The translations under genes and the position numbers were made by a program. Source: an archaeon (GTDB taxonomy: Archaea; Iainarchaeota; Iainarchaeia; Iainarchaeales; CSSED10-239). From it: a stretch of 6,758 nt of DNA. The stretch spans positions 1-6,758 of the forward strand of contig DAOOUC010000020.1 of assembly GCA_035390665.1 (NCBI GenBank). The letters are read 5' to 3'. Shown here piece after piece: positions 5,972 through 6,758 of the stretch. The notes below the pieces were generated by a model. That model did no database searches and was not told the origin of the DNA. It saw nothing but the letters and a program-made list of their open reading frames with translations. Position 1 is the first letter of the stretch; every line of letters begins with the position of its first letter.

Positions 5972-6758
5972 AATATTAGTTACTGGCGGAGCTGGTTTTG
6001 TTGGTTCGAACTTATCTGAAAGATTGGTAGAGGACGGCCATGATGTAATTGTCTTAGATGATTTATCTAAAGGAACTAGAGAAAACATAAGACATTTATT
6101 AGATAAGAAAAATTTTAAGTTGATAGAAGCAGACATTACAGATAAACAATTATATCTTAAATTGCCAAGAGACATAGATGTGATATTTCATCTTGCAGCA
6201 ATAATAAATGTTGACGAATCCTATTATAATCCAGAAAGAACTTATGAAGTAAATGTAATAGGTACCCAGAATTTATTAAATTTTGCAAGAGATTATAATA
6301 TAAAAAAATTCATTTATGCTTCAAGTTCAGAAGTTTATGGTTCGTGTGTAGATAATAAACCAATGTCTGAAGAGCACCCATTAAATCCTCCACACAATTA
6401 TGGAGTTAGTAAACTTGCTGCGGACAGAATGTGCTTTGCATATAGTATTTCTTATCATATGGATGTAAGAGTTGTAAGGAGTTTTAATTTATATGGTCCA
6501 AAACAAAGTAAAGAAATATATGGTGGAGTAATTGCTAAGTTTTCTGATAAAATATTATCTGGAAGATCACCAGTAATTTTTGGTAATGGAAATCAAACAA
6601 GAGATTATTTATATGTTAAGGACATTGTCGAAGCATATGTTTTAGTTATGAATTATGAAGGGAAATTAAACGAACCGCTTAATTTTGGTACAGGTAAAGA
6701 TTATTCTATAAAATACATTGCAGAAAAACTAATAGAACTTTATGGTAAAAAAGATACT
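5964..6758 (+). CDS. NAD-dependent sugar-nucleotide epimerase/dehydratase (extended SDR), partial: runs off the window end
   Basis: Manual translation of the open frame (265 codons, no stop) gives [37 protein letters not shown]...[32 protein letters not shown]...[10 protein letters not shown]...[12 protein letters not shown]...[12 protein letters not shown]...[21 protein letters not shown]...[12 protein letters not shown]. It has the TGGAGFVGS Rossmann motif, a Ser in SSSEVYG and YGVSK catalysis. Absent from the ORF track because there is no in-window stop. Confidence 0.94.
   Translation, partial: [265 protein letters not shown]

Noticed and set aside
5936-6175. Minus-strand ORF of 79 aa
   Set aside because: Antisense to the N-terminus of the well-supported epimerase gene (Rossmann motif region), so treated as a shadow ORF.
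1-6758. CRISPR array, tRNA/rRNA, transposase or a novel defence system
   Set aside because: I saw no regularly spaced repeats, tRNA-like cloverleaf sequence or transposase motifs. Nearly all sequence is covered by recognisable polysaccharide and repair genes.
1478-6758. galE and the second epimerase as a flanking duplication of one gene
   Set aside because: They share only general extended-SDR motifs. Signature segments differ clearly (LRYFNASGAD/ETKDGTCIRDYVHV versus [21 protein letters not shown]), so a recent duplication is not supported.

Overview
The window is a low-GC surface-polysaccharide / glycoconjugate locus, probably from a DPANN-type archaeon. That assignment is an inference from the archaeal-looking Nth sequence and TATA-like promoter elements; a CPR bacterium is not excluded. 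A divergent intergenic region at about 2465-2554 separates two gene groups. On the minus strand is a compact set: galE (UDP-glucose 4-epimerase), a GtrA-like membrane protein and nth (endonuclease III). On the plus strand is a tightly packed set: Wzx-like flippase, Alg14/PssD-like protein, Alg13/PssE-like glycosyltransferase, GT4 glycosyltransferase and a second NAD-dependent sugar epimerase/dehydratase. This last gene runs off the right edge and is missing from the ORF track. The left edge carries a C-terminally truncated BRO-N/antirepressor-like ORF, preceded by a short GC-rich patch containing a 12-bp palindrome. I see no CRISPR array, RNA gene, complete mobile element or convincing new defence system. 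The points most worth a second look are the truncated BRO ORF abutting nth, nth sitting within a polysaccharide operon, the split Alg14/Alg13 module with homopolymer tracts in its first gene, and a recurrent 8-nt overlapping stop/start junction.
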